A DNA stretch of 64,000 nt. Source: Chiloscyllium plagiosum (Eukaryota). The first letter of the stretch is position 1, and each line of letters begins with the position of its first letter. Both the position numbers and the translations under genes were made by a program. This document shows, one piece after another, positions 40,457 to 52,779 of the stretch. The notes beneath the pieces are model-generated. The model searched no databases. It was not told the origin of the DNA and saw only the letters and a list, made by a program, of their open reading frames with translations. The stretch spans positions 63,983,196-64,047,195 of the forward strand of contig NC_057719.1 of the NCBI RefSeq assembly GCF_004010195.1. The letters run 5' to 3'.

Positions 40457-40745
40457 TGAACACTTTAACTCCCCCTCCCATTCCGCCAAGGACATGCAGG
40501 TCCTTGGCCGCCTCCATCGCCAGACCTGGCCACACGACGGAAGGAGGAAGAGTGCCTCATCTTCCACCTAGGAACCCTCCAACCACATGGGATGAATGTA
40601 ATTTTCTCCAGCTTCCTCATTTCCCCTCCCCCCACCTTATCTCAGTCCCAACCCCCAGATTCAGCACCATCCTCTTGACCTGCAATTTTTCCAGCACCAC
40701 ACTTTTCAACTCTGGTCTCCAGCATCTGCAGTCCTCACTTTCTCC
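40457..40745 (+). mobile_element. Penelope-like 3' fragment (GIY-YIG C-terminus joined to family A terminus)
   Basis: EHFNSPSHSAKDMQVLG...LIFHLGTLQPHGMN, then ...gcagtcctcactttctcc; flanking repeat tagagtggc 40448-56 / 40750-58. Confidence 0.8.
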
Positions 40746-42423
40746 TAGTTAGAGTGGCAGCATGAAACAGTTAAAAACAAAGCTTTCAGTTCTGCAAAAA
40801 AAAGTTTCGCCAGAAGAAGTGAGATTTAAAGATGAAAATAAGTTGGAATCTAATGATGGATGTAGGTTAGGAAATATTCTGAATGACATCTTCCCTTATT
40901 AATACTTTGGGTAAGTAGTGGACACCAATCCCTCTGAGGAGAGAAGAGAGAAGCAAAATTCAAGATTTTCATGTCCAGCACAAATTGACATAAATGACTT
41001 AAGTTGGTAATTATCCTCGAGTTTGAGCCTGGCAAAGAGATTAGTGAAATACTGCCAATCGTTCAAGGAACAGTGGACATGCAAGATGCTAGTAGCCTGC
41101 AAACAGTTTTCATACACCAAGTGAGGTTCAAAACAGAGAGAAAATTGTAGATCCTAGAATCTGTCCTCAATTCTGTAAAATAATGGAATGACTTTCAGGA
41201 GCTAACAAGAGGCAGAACCTCAGCAAAAGCTAATTCTTCATGTGAGTTGTCTGAGTCATGGGGAAGAATATAACAAGAAAACAGGTAGCTGCTAGGCACT
41301 GAGAGGTATGAGTCGGTAAAGTATAGCAGGTCAGGCAAATCCAAGGAGCAGGAGAAAAGGGGCTCAGAGTTAAATTTGAGGGTGGGGCTGAAGGGAGATA
41401 GATGGGAAAGCGCTAAGTAGATCCAGATAGTAGGTGATGGTGATAGGAGGGAAAATGGACAGGTGGGACAGTTCAAGAGGGAGGTGCTGTGTTGGAGGAT
41501 CGGACCTGGGATGAAGTGGGGGAAGGGGAGTCATTATTGCTGTATGGTTTGAGGGTTTCAAGGCGGATGATCTGTTCTTCCTCCAGGCGTCAGGTGGCTT
41601 GGATTTGGCAGTGAAGGAGGCCCAGGACTTGCATGTCCTTGGTGGAGTGGGAGAGGGAGTTGAAGTTTTTGGCCATTGGGCGGTGGGGTTGTTTGGTCAG
41701 TGTGTCCCAGAGATGTTCCCTGAAACGTTCTGCGAGTTGGTGTCCTGTCACCCCTATGTAGGGGAGATCACATTTGAGAGCAACAGACATAGTACATGAG
41801 GTGATTGGATGTGCAGGAAAATCTCTACCTGATATGGAAGGATCCTTTGGGGCCTTGGATGGAGGTGACGGGGGAGGTGTGAGTGCAGGCTTTACACCAC
41901 TTGTTGTGCAAGGTAAGATGCAGGGAGTGGAGGGTGGTTTTGTGGGGGACGTAGACCTAACTAGGAAGTCCCAGAGGGAATGGTCTCTGTAGAATGCTGA
42001 TAGAGGTGGGGAGGGGCTTTTATCTTTGGTGTTGGGGTCTGATTGTAGGTGACAGATGGCGGAGGATGATGCGCTATATATGGAGGTTAGTGGAAGCTGA
42101 GGACTGGGGGTGTTCTATTCTCGTGCAGTTGGAGAGGTGGGTTCAAGGATGGAGATGTGGGAAATGGAGGAGATTTGCTGGAGGACATTGTTGATCCTCT
42201 GGGAGGGGAAATTGCAGTCCTTGAAATAGGCCATCTGGGATGCCCTGGTGGGGAATTTTTCCTCCTGGGTGCAACTACGGTGGAGGCGGAGGAATTGGGA
42301 GTAAAAGATAGCACTTTTACAGGAATGGTGTGGAACGAGGTGTAATTCAGGTGGCTGTGGGAGTTGGCGAATTTGAAGTAGATGTCCATATTGAGTCGGT
42401 TGCCGGAGATAGAAACTGAGAGG

Positions 42424-42678
42424 ATTAGTGGTGCTGGAAGAGCACAGCAGTTCAGGCAGCATCCGAGGAGCAGTAAAATTGACATTTTGGACAAAAGCCC
42501 TTAATCAGGAATACAGGCAGAGAGCCTGAAGGGTGGCTCTCTGCCTGTCTTCCTGATGAAGGGCTTTTGCCCGAAACGTCGATTTTACTGCTCCTCGGAT
42601 GCTGCCTGAACTGCTGTGCTCTTCCAGCACCACTAATCCAGAATTTGGTTTCCAGCATCTGCAGTCATTGTTTTTACC
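42424..42678 (+). mobile_element. Penelope-terminus hairpin insertion (family A variant) nested in the Penelope RT
   Basis: ~100 bp arms; degenerate 15 bp TSD atagaaactgagagg / atagagatcgagagg. Confidence 0.85.
42550..42583 (+). ncRNA. Minimal hammerhead ribozyme motif
   Basis: CTGATGA(42553)-a-gggc(tttt)gccc-GAAA-C-GTC; core intact, GUC triplet, ACGT palindrome; stem I only ~2 bp. Confidence 0.65.
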
Positions 42679-44136
42679 ATAGAGATCGAGAGGTCGAGGA
42701 AGGGAAGGGAGGTGTCCAAGATGGTCCAGGTGAACTTGTGGTCAAAGTGGAAGGTGTTTGTGAAGTTGATAAACTCCTTAACCTCATCATGGGAGCATAA
42801 GGTGGCGCCAATACAGTCATCAATTTAGCAGAGGACTGTTTCACATATCCAACAAAGAGACAGGCACAGCTGGGGTCCATAGCTACCCCTTTGGTCTGAA
42901 GGAAGTGGGAGGATTTGAAGGAGAAGTCGTTGAGGATGAGGACCAGTTTCAGCAATTGAATAAGTGTCAGTGGAGGGGTTCTGGTTGGGTTAGTGGGAGA
43001 GGAAGAAACAAGGCTTGGAGGCCTTCACCATGGCAGGCAGACATGTAGAGGGACTGAATGTCAGTGGTGAAGATGAGGTAATAGGGGCCAGGGAAACTAA
43101 AGTCATGGAGGGGGTGGAGCGCGTGGGTGGTGCACCGAATATGTGGGGAGTCCTGGACCAAAAGGGACAGGACGATGTCAATATAGGTTCGGTGGGGCAG
43201 GAGCAGGCAGAGATGTTGGATTGATTGGGGGATTAGTGTTTGTGAATTTTGGGTAAGCAGCGAAACTGGGTGGTGCAGGGCTCTAGAACTATGAGGTTGG
43301 AGGCTGTGGGTGGGAGATCCCCTGAAGTGAAGAGGTTGTGGATGGTCTGGGAGATGATGGTTTCGTGATGGGAGGTGAAGTTGTGATTGAGCGAGTAGTA
43401 GGAGGAGGAGGTGTCTGTGAGTTGGCACCTGGCTTCAGTGGTGTAGAGGTTGGTGCGCCAAACTACCATTCTTCTCTCTTTTTTTCCACCCCTCCAAGCT
43501 GTTTGTGGTGAGGTTGGAGTGGAGGGCTGCACTTTGTGAGGTTGGAATGCCTGAGAGGGATGGACAAGTTGAGGCGGTCAGCGTCACAGCGGCAGTTGGA
43601 GATAGAGGTCAAGGGCGAGTAACCGGCCAGCACGGATGAAGTACGTTGGAGGCAGGAGAAGGGGTCGTCTGAGAGTGGATGGGAGTGTGGTATGCAAGCT
43701 AATAAATGGAAGGACTCTAAAACTGTCCATGTGACACTCTGATTCAAAAAGGGAAAGAGACAAAAAGCAAATAACTCTAGCTAATTAGCCTAGTATCTAT
43801 TGGAAAAGTATTGGAATCGATTATTACAGACATAATAGCAGAACATCTGCACAATCATGTTAGAATTGAGCAGTCAGCATGGTTTCATGAAAGGGAAATA
43901 GTGTCTGAGCTTTTTTAAGTAAGCCTCGACCAGAATGAATAGAGGGGAGCGAGCAGATAAGTTGTATTTTGACTTCCAGAAGGCATTCGACAAGGGTTAA
44001 GTCATAAGATGTGAACCCACAGTGTTGGAGGTAGTAATTTGGCATGGATAGAAAATTGGCTAATGGACAGAAAAGTGAATTGGGATTGGGGCTGCTTTTT
44101 CAGATTGGTGACTCATGTACAGTGGGGTTCCACAAG

Positions 44137-44230
44137 GGTCAGAGCTGGGAGTGCGCGCGTGTGTGTGTGTGGTCAGAGCTAGGAGTGTGTGTGTGTGTGG
44201 TCAGAGCTAGGAGTGTGTGTGTGTGTGTGG
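44137..44230 (+). repeat. Three-unit minisatellite ggtcagagct(a/g)gga(gt)n
   Basis: Direct tandem units of ~28-34 bp. Confidence 0.85.
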
Positions 44231-45160
44231 AAAGGCGGGTTATGAGAGGGATACAAACAAATTAGATAGGTTTTAGGTTATGTAAGTGGGCAAGGAGTTA
44301 GTAAGTGGAATATAATGTGGGAAAACATGTTGTTCCTTTTAGAAGGGAGAACAAAAGAACAATGTTATTGCAATGGAGAAAAAACTGCAGAAAGCTGCAA
44401 CACAAAAGGATGTGTGGGTTCTTGTATATGAAACACAAAGCTTGCACATAGGTGCAGCAGGTAATCAGGAAGAATAATGGAATGTTGGCCCTTATTTCAA
44501 AATGGTTGATGTATAAGTGTAAGGAAGTCTTACAGCAACTGCACAAGGTGCTGGTGAGATCGCATCTGGAACACGGAGCATTTTTCGCCCCTTATTTGAG
44601 GAAACATGTTATTTCACCAGAGGCAGCTCAGAAGGTTCACTGGGATGATCCCTGATGTGAAGGATTGTCCGATGAGCAAAGGTTAAATAGGTTGAGACTC
44701 TACTTACTGGAGTTTAGAAGAATAAGAGGTGACCTCATTAAAATACACACAGGATTCTTAAAGGCTTGACACGGTGACTGCTGAGAGGATGTGTCCCCTT
44801 GTGGGGTAGTCTTGGACCAGAGGGCATAATCTCAGAATAAAGGGGTGACAATTTAAGACTGAGATGAGGAGGCACTTTTCAAAGGGTTTCGTACTTTGGA
44901 GCTTCTTGTTACGGAGAATTATTTCCCTTTCATGAAACCATGCTGACTGCTCAATTCTAACATGATTGTGCAGATGTTCTGCTATTATGTCTGTAATAAT
45001 CGATTCCAATACTTTTCCAGTAGATACTAGGCTAATTAGCTAGAGTTACTTGCTTTTTGTCTCTTTTCCTTGTGTCTAATTAAGGGTGAAATAGATTATT
45101 ATCAGTAAGGAAATCAAAAGTAATGGGGAAAATACAGGAAAACTGGTATAAGAAATGTCG

Positions 45161-45275
45161 GCTTATGCCCGAAACGTCGATTCTCCTGTTCCCTAGATGC
45201 TGCCTGACCTGCTGCGCTTTTCCAGCAACACATTTTCAGCTCTGATCTCCAGCATCTGCAGACCTCACTTTCTCC
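45161..45275 (+). mobile_element. Penelope-terminus single-arm insertion (family A)
   Basis: Perfect 13 bp TSD ataagaaatgtcg at 45148-60 / 45276-88. Confidence 0.85.
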
Positions 45276-46251
45276 ATAAGAAATGTCGTATCAGCCGTGA
45301 TCTTATTGGTACGGGCTTGATGTGCTGAATGGTGACACCTGTTGTTATATGTTATGGTTTTATAATTTAAATAGTGGGGCTAGGATAAAGGGGGTTCAAA
45401 ACTGTAGAGGACAACTTTTCAACATGAAGATTTTAATGCAGAGTTTAATGAACATTTTTGCATGGAGTTTCTGTGAAAAGGTTGATGATGTGAACCCTAG
45501 AATCTCACAAGTCGTAATTGGATGCAGCAGTGGAGCCGAACGTTGCATTGCTCTGGACTAATATGTTCAAATACGCTGAAAGGATTTCCTTAATTCATAC
45601 ATGTCTTGTACTCACCCGAAGTTCAGACAAAGCAGCCTACTAACAGACAGTCAAGCTGCACATCAATCCATTATTATTCTAAATGTGCTGCTATCCCACA
45701 TTTGTTAATGTGTACTGCAGGTCATATCAGTAAATACATAGTTCCTTTAAAATAAACTTAGTCCAAAAGATAATTGTTACTATTTTAATGGCCAGGCAAG
45801 GAATGATAAATCAGCTGTCCTTTCAACTGTATCAGTAAGGAGCCAATTAACAACATTTTCTGAATGAAAGAGAAAGAAATTTTATTATTTGCTAACCATG
45901 AGCAAAGTAAATATGTTATGTCAAGGATATACATACAAGTGCCAAGGGGCATGCCATTTTAGTTGAGACTGCAGTTGTCTAATTGGTATCCTGAATCATA
46001 TCCATCATGTTCTTGGTATTCTGATTTTCTTTTAATTGTTTCTTTCAATGCGCACTTTTTTTCCTTCCTGAGTGGCCAAGAGAGTTTTCTCCCACTGCTT
46101 CCAAATTTGTAGGCAAAAATCCATTGCCCTGCAGGTGGCTTTTGTGGCACTGTGATAGTTTCCCTACATTTGAGCTAGGAAACCCAGATTCAACTCCCTC
46201 CTGCTCTAGAGGTGTGTAATAGCATCTCCGCGTGAGTTTATTAATAAATAT

Positions 46252-46466
46252 GTGTGTGTGTGTGTGTTTTGCTGGAAAAGCACAGCAGGTCAGGCAGCAT
46301 CCGAGGAGCAGGAAAATTGATGTTTCAGGCAGGAGTCCTTCATCAGGAATCAGGACTCTAGCCCGAAACGTCGATTTTCCTCCTCGGCTGCTGCCTGACC
46401 TGCTGTGCTTTTCCAGCAACACACACTCTACTCTGATCTCCAGCATCTTCAGGTCTCACTGTCTCC
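46252..46466 (+). mobile_element. Penelope-terminus hairpin insertion (family A)
   Basis: Inverted arms; 14 bp TSD ttatta(a/g)taaatat at 46238-51 / 46467-80; GT repeat expanded at the left junction. Confidence 0.85.
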
Positions 46467-46537
46467 TTATTAGTAAATATATCTATCTTATTACTAATAA
46501 GGCTTTTGTAGCACAGTAATAGTATCCCTAACTGAGC

Positions 46538-46575
46538 AGTTCTGAGGAAGGGTCACCAGACCAGAAACGTTAACT
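46538..46575 (+). ncRNA. Hammerhead motif of an older family (C), in an element spanning ~46535-46640
   Basis: agtt-CTGAGGA-ag-ggtc(acca)gacc-a-GAAA-CG-TT-aact; 4 bp stem I agtt/aact. Confidence 0.55.
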
Positions 46576-47339
46576 CTGATTTTTTTTCCCAGATACTGCC
46601 AGACCTACTGAGCTTTTTCAGCATCTTCTGTTGTTTTTTGAGTCAGGAGGCTTGGTTTCATGTCCCATCTGCTCCAGAATTACATCGTAATGTCTTTGAA
46701 CAGATTGATTAGCCTTAAGTCTAACTGCCTATTTTACCAAAACTGGTTCCTTGAAAGGCAAACTGGTTTGTGTATTTCCATTTGAGTCAATTATTTCAAA
46801 GCTTGATAATTGCAAGTGATGTCTTTCATCTCCAATATGTGAAATATGTACAAGTGTAAACCAGAGTTAGAGACGAGAGCCGTTTCACACCTGATGAGTG
46901 GACTAGAGTTGGTGTCCTTTGATAAAATGTCGATCTCTGTTCACACAGTTTTGTTTATTCCAAATTTGATTTCACACAGCTTGGCGTAACCTGTATGGTC
47001 ACTTATTGCTGTGGCCATTTTAAGTCAGTTCTTGTCCCAATTTGGAACCATTTAATCCATAAAATTCCAGGAATTGAAAACAGAATGAAAATTGTAAACC
47101 CCTAGTCTGTATTTTATATCCTCATGACACTCAACGTGCTGAAATAATTATGAAAAGAAATGTTCAGATGGATAGCTGCATGCAAGAATCTTTGAACCTA
47201 AATGTTTCATTTTGCTTTAACTTTACAAAACCCGTGAAAGTAGCCAGTGGCCTCCTTTAAGGTTGAAATACAGGAGTTTGATCACTTTGGTCACAGAAGC
47301 ATTGACTAATTGTAGCACAGGAGTATAACACATTAATTA

Positions 47340-48060
47340 GGTAAAGAGCAAGGCCATTTGGCCCATCACGCTTGCTCTACAATTCATCAAGATCATTGGT
47401 GGTTTTTTGCTTTGAATTCCACATTCCTATCTACCTCTAACTTTTTTTGATTCTTCACCTAACAAGATTCTCTTCCCCTCCATATTAAAAATATTTAATA
47501 ATCCTCCCTCCGATGCATTCTGGTGCACAACGTTCAAAAAAAGATAATCTTCTTAACTCTGTAAATGGGTGACCCCTAATTTTAAAACTGCACTTTCATG
47601 TCCACCTTATGAAAAGCGTTTAGAATTTTATATACTTGTCAGGTCACCCCTGCATTCCTCTACATCTCCGGGATGACAAGCTCTATATTTCCTTATAAGA
47701 AAATCCATTCATTCCAGGTATCAGGCTAATAAAGCTCTGAGTTGCCTCTAACATATTTGCATCCATCTTTAAATAAGAGGACCAATATAGTAGAGTACTT
47801 GAAATGTAGCCTTGTCTTCATAATTAAAGTATAATATCCTCCTTTTATATTCAATTCCTTTCAAAGTAAAGGATAGTATTCAGATAGCTGCCATAATTGC
47901 TTGCTACCCTTTTGTGATTCCTGCCTGAAGATCTATTCACTCTGCATCTTGAAATGTTGCAGTCATTCTTCATTTAGGTAATTCTCTGCTTTTTTTATTC
48001 TTGCATTTTCCCACCGTATGCTCCATCTTTCAAACCTTTTCCCCATCCACTAATTCAACC
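47340..48060 (-). mobile_element. Very old CR1-group 3' fragment
   Basis: ggccatttggccc start; gtcacccc, gaggacca remnants. Confidence 0.5.
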
Positions 48061-48882
48061 TGTCTATGTCAGTCAGCAATGTCTTCCTTATGAATCTTCA
48101 ATCTTTTTCCTATTTGTTTTTGTCACTCAATTGGCCGCACTCCTTAACTTTTTTTTCATTACTCTGTAAGTTCCTTCTTAAAAAGCTATCCTATGTCTTG
48201 CTGAAAGTTGTAATTAAATTTGCAGCCTCCATACACACTGCCAGTGTGCTTCAGATCCCTAGCCCACAAAAACAAAGTTGCAAGTTAATGCATCTATGAA
48301 AACCCAGTTACTCGGTCCTTTCCTGAAACACAGCACTTAATTTCAGCTATAGGTTCAAGTAATGGGTTTGTAAATTAGCTACAAGTGGCTTGCTCATGTG
48401 TGTTCCTCATAATTGGTGATTTGCATTACCCCTGATATATGTTGCAATTTACTAATCCACAGACAGCCATCTGTTCACAACTTTAAATTTATAATCCATG
48501 GGAGAAATCTGATCACAATTATTAACATACTTCTCAGTCCTGGACCAAATTAATTTGAACTCTGATGCTGTTGTGGTTTCTTTATTTAAAAATAAAATGA
48601 TGAATAAGTGCACTTGATATGGAATACTGCTGTGCTCCATTTGGAACTAGAGTGCACTTGTACAGTTAGCTATCTTGAATACAAGATTGTACAGCACAGT
48701 GTATTCTTTTTGTTGTGTTTATTGAGAACCATTAAAATGGAAAATCTGAAAAATACACAATCCCTTGACGATAAAGGAATAAATCATTCTAATATGACAT
48801 TAATTATTTTGCCCACAGATATTGGTGTTTTTTTGGAGTTTTCATGATGCTTTCTTGTTACTGTTTGTTTTTTGTTTTCTAG

Positions 48883-48993
48883 TCATTGAGGATTCTGCGC
48901 AATTCAGATTTAAAACCTTATATAATCTTCATTGCGCCACCTTCCCAGGAGAGATTGCGGGCAATGCTGGTCAAAGAGGGGAAAAATCCAAAG
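48883..48993 (+). CDS. PALS1: PALS1 coding exon 12, GK domain
   Basis: [37 protein letters not shown]; ttctAG / GTAATT; 111 nt. Confidence 0.96.
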
Positions 48994-49765
48994 GTAATTT
49001 TTGAAAACTACCTTATTTTTAGGAATCTTTGCAATCATAATAACAAGTTTAGACATAATATACACTCATTCAGAGAAGGCATTCTCAAGGTTGACGAGTT
49101 TAATTCAAGAACCAGGGAATAGCACTAATTCTTCGTGAGACTTTTTTGGGACTTTTCTATTGAGGATAACAGTGTAGATAACAGAGAGACAAAGGCTTTC
49201 ACCTTAATCTGCATTACAGTCCTTAAAATTTATTTCATTGCTTCGACCTTTTTATCGTACATTAACTGCTTTAGTTTGTATATTTCATTTTACTGCAAAT
49301 ATGGAAGTTATTCTGTTTGTGCAATATCGAGGTTATAGATGAGTGCGGAATGTTCATTTTACAAGAATGTTTGTTCACCTTTTCAATTTGCTCAACCTTT
49401 TGCCTTATTCCATTGTTTTAAGCCTCTGACTCGTCATAAATTCAATCCCACACAATGTTTGTATGTATAGAAATGACGTAAACTCTGCCTCTGTCTACCT
49501 GTCTCAATTTGTTCACTGCCTCTATATTGTCATAAGGCTTATCCAATAACCTGAGCTTGGATAAGCTTCAGTTTCCTTGAGTTAAATATTCGGAAGAACA
49601 AAGTTCTTGAGCCCAACCACTCACTCCATATCTTTACCACCAATTCCATTGTTTTTCCTGTCAACTGCCTTAGATTTAATTAGTCTGTGCTCAAACTCAG
49701 CTTCTGTTGCTTATTCTCATGCTTCAACTTGCTTGCTGCTGAAACGCTATTCTTTGTCTTTCAAA

Positions 49766-50072
49766 GAATCCCTACAGTGTGGAAGTAGGCCATTTGGCCC
49801 ATCAAGTCCATACCAACCCTCTGAAGAGGATCTCACCCAGTCATAACCCCTACCATATCTCTGCATTTCCCATGACCAACCTACCTACCTAGCCTACACA
49901 TCCCTAAGTATTATAGGCAATTTAGCATGGCCAATCCACCTAACCTGCATATCTTTGGACTGTGGGAGGAAACGCAGGGAGAATGTGCAAACTCCCTCAG
50001 TTGCCTGAGGTTGAAATCGAACCCAGGTGCCTGGTGCTATGAGGCAGCAAGCTAGCCACTGTGCTACCCCAA
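49766..50072 (-). mobile_element. V-SINE (HE1-like)
   Basis: caatttagcatggccaatcc, tggactgtgggagga, gaacccagg match the family. Confidence 0.8.
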
Positions 50073-50524
50073 AATGTTGTGTAATGTTTCAATGTAACAA
50101 AAATTCCCCAAGGTAACTCACAAGACAGTATAAAACAACACTTGACATAAGGAGATATTAGGATAGATGACCAAAAACACAGACACAAAGTAGGCTTTAG
50201 TATGTCTTAAGTAGAAGTTTAGGGAGGAAATTACAGGGTAAGAGAATTTGGCAGCTGAAAGCCTAGTCTTCGGTGGTGTTGTGATTAAATTGCTGTCCTT
50301 GCTGGCCTCCAATCCTTGAAACTTTAATTCTTCTAAAGTTTTGCTGCCTATTTCCTATTGCACCCAAGTTCTCTTCACTCATTACTTTTGCCTGTGTTCA
50401 CTTACTTTTGGTTTCTGATCTTCAAAGTTCTAACTGAAAATTCCTATCCTTTTGCTTTAAGTACCATCCTGATATTGTCCATTCCTGTCTTCAGACCACC
50501 TATTTTTCAAGAACTGTTGGACAA

Positions 50525-50890
50525 TGAGGGGTGACATTATAAAAGGTTTATAAAATCATGAGGGTCATGCTTAGGGTGAATAGCCAAGGTCTTTTCCTCA
50601 GGGCAGGGGAGTCTCAAACTAGAAGGCGTAGGTTTAAGGGGAAAGATTTAAAAGGAACCTGAGGGGCAACGTTTTCACTCAGTCTTGCATGTATGGCATA
50701 AGCTGCCAGAGGAAGTGGTGGAAGTGTGTACAATTACAACATTTAAAAGGCATCTGGATGGGTATATGAGTAGGAAGAGATTAAGAGGCGTATGGGCTAA
50801 ATGCTGGAAAATGGGACTAGATTTTATTTGGTTGGCGCCAATGAGTTAGACTGAAGGGTCTGTTTCCATAGCTGTATAACTCCATGACAC
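50525..50890 (+). mobile_element. CR1 3' fragment
   Basis: gaggggtgac..tataaaatcatgagg to gggtctgtttcc tail. Confidence 0.8.
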
Positions 50891-52779
50891 TAACTCTGCA
50901 TTTCTCCAATTATTACCTCTTGTGTAATATTTCACTCAATTATGGACACTTTTACCTTCAGCCACCTAGAACCTATGCTCCAGAATTCTGTCTGCAAACA
51001 CTTCCATGTAGCACTGCTACAACTGCCTCGAGCAAAGTCTTCAAATTCGCTACACTTCCTTATATGGCTCAGCAACTCTTATTCTTTGATTACTCTTCTA
51101 TGCAATTTTGGGTATTCATTATTTGGAAAATGAATTTAAATAGAAATTCTTGCAGGTAGCTGCTACCTAGCTATAAGCTGATTTTAAAAAGTCCTCATGA
51201 TCTTAACTTATTAGGCTTTTTTTTAAAATCATATGTTGGGCTTTGGGTGAGTAGCAGATTAAAAGTTTACTGTCATTCTTTTCCTTGAAAGCATGTCTCA
51301 ATCTTTATCAGTCTTGTAATTTTTATTGGGTATGTTTAGAAATTCAACCTGAGGCAGTTGTAGTTTAGCTGCAGTCAATCCTCCCACCAGCAGACTTGTG
51401 TGGGACAACTCATTTCATGAGCTGTTTGCTCATTACACACTCTATTTAAAGTAATTTCCTTTTTATCTGATGAAAGTAAATGTTGTACCTCAAGTTAGAT
51501 TTAAATTCACTTAATTAATGTTGTACTCCATATTTCTGTACTAGTGGTATTGTACCACACATATAATTCCAAACTTTACGGGTTGGGAATTACTTTACTG
51601 GGAAACAAAGAGAAGCCAATATTATCTGTTGGATGATACGGCTTGCCTATACATGCCAAATATCCCAGATTGTTTAAATAAGATGGACCATTAGGAATTT
51701 CAGGGTTTATGTTTTGCATGTTACTTTAAAATGCAAATTAATTAACATTGTTCCTGTTGAGAAAGCTTTAATCAGCTTCATGTTGGAGCTAAAGACATGT
51801 TGTGCATGCTGATCTTGCACTTGCTGAGAGAGTGTCGTCATGTCTCAGATGCTGGGATTTTTATTACTTTTCATCACACGCTGAGAACGCTTGATTTAGA
51901 ATGAGAGAACTTGTGCTTTATTATTTTCCATTCCACTCCTTTGGGTACCCTTTTGATAAGTTGAGAAATCTATTTCTCCCTGCCTTGGCATTGGTCTCGA
52001 CTATCTTTTCTGAGGAACATGCAGAGCAGAGACTGGGCACCCAGCTAGGCAGAAGGACGCCTAATACACGAGTTCCAGTAGGTCATTTTCGCATACATTC
52101 CTTCAAACCAATTTCCTGCATGCCATTCTTTTTAGGGAGAGGGTAGTAGATGCCAAGCAAGTAGTAACTAAGTTTGAGGGAATGGATCTGTAATAAATAT
52201 TCAGGTATTGTTTGAAAGAAATTGTCTCTGTAGAGGTGTAGCTATATTTATAATAGAATTTGACAATGTAATTCTGTCATGCTGTAATTACACACTCTAA
52301 CCAATAGTGTTTCAAGAATGTAACTTGGAAAAGTACCACAAATGCACACGCACGCACGCACGCACACATATATCAAGCGAATCCTCTACTCTGTATCAGC
52401 TTCTGATGTGGAGAGCAGTACCTTGGGAGAGTCACTCCAGCATGCAGTTATATGACAATTCAGCCATAACACACCCTCTATTTCTCCCCATCTATAAATT
52501 AATATTCAACAATACCATCTGAAAGCATGTCAATTACCCCAAGTGCTCAGATGCCACACTGCCACCATTCAGGACTGGAGAAGATAGCCAGATACTATGC
52601 TCTCGTAGATTGTTACACCCCTCAGATTAAGTAATTCTAATTTGGTGTGTGATCAGGGATGGGAGGAAATGGTTGTAGGTGATGCAGGTATGAGTATGCA
52701 GAGAGTTGTATTTGAGATGCATCCATCGTGCAGTAATGCAGAACCTATGAGATTCTGGCAGGCTATCTGGAGGAAGAGT

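Larger units (their letters stand above)
41320..43690 (-). mobile_element. Decayed Penelope-like retroelement (RT + GIY-YIG endonuclease)
   Basis: Minus-strand fragments VVWRTNLY, TTDIQSLY (RT motif A), FLQTKGVAM (motif B), DIYFK..SHSHLNY, YIGVTGHQLAERFREH (GIY-YIG). Confidence 0.87.
43710..45360 (+). mobile_element. Old CR1-group LINE fragment with later insertions
   Basis: QHGFMKG, DFQKAFDK, LVRSHLE, RGDLI remnants. Confidence 0.75.

Noticed and set aside
46890..46935. ctgatgag...ggac/gtcc hairpin resembling a hammerhead
   Set aside because: No GAAA after the stem and no stem I pairing
52344..52370. (gcac)n and other short microsatellites
   Set aside because: Ordinary simple repeats
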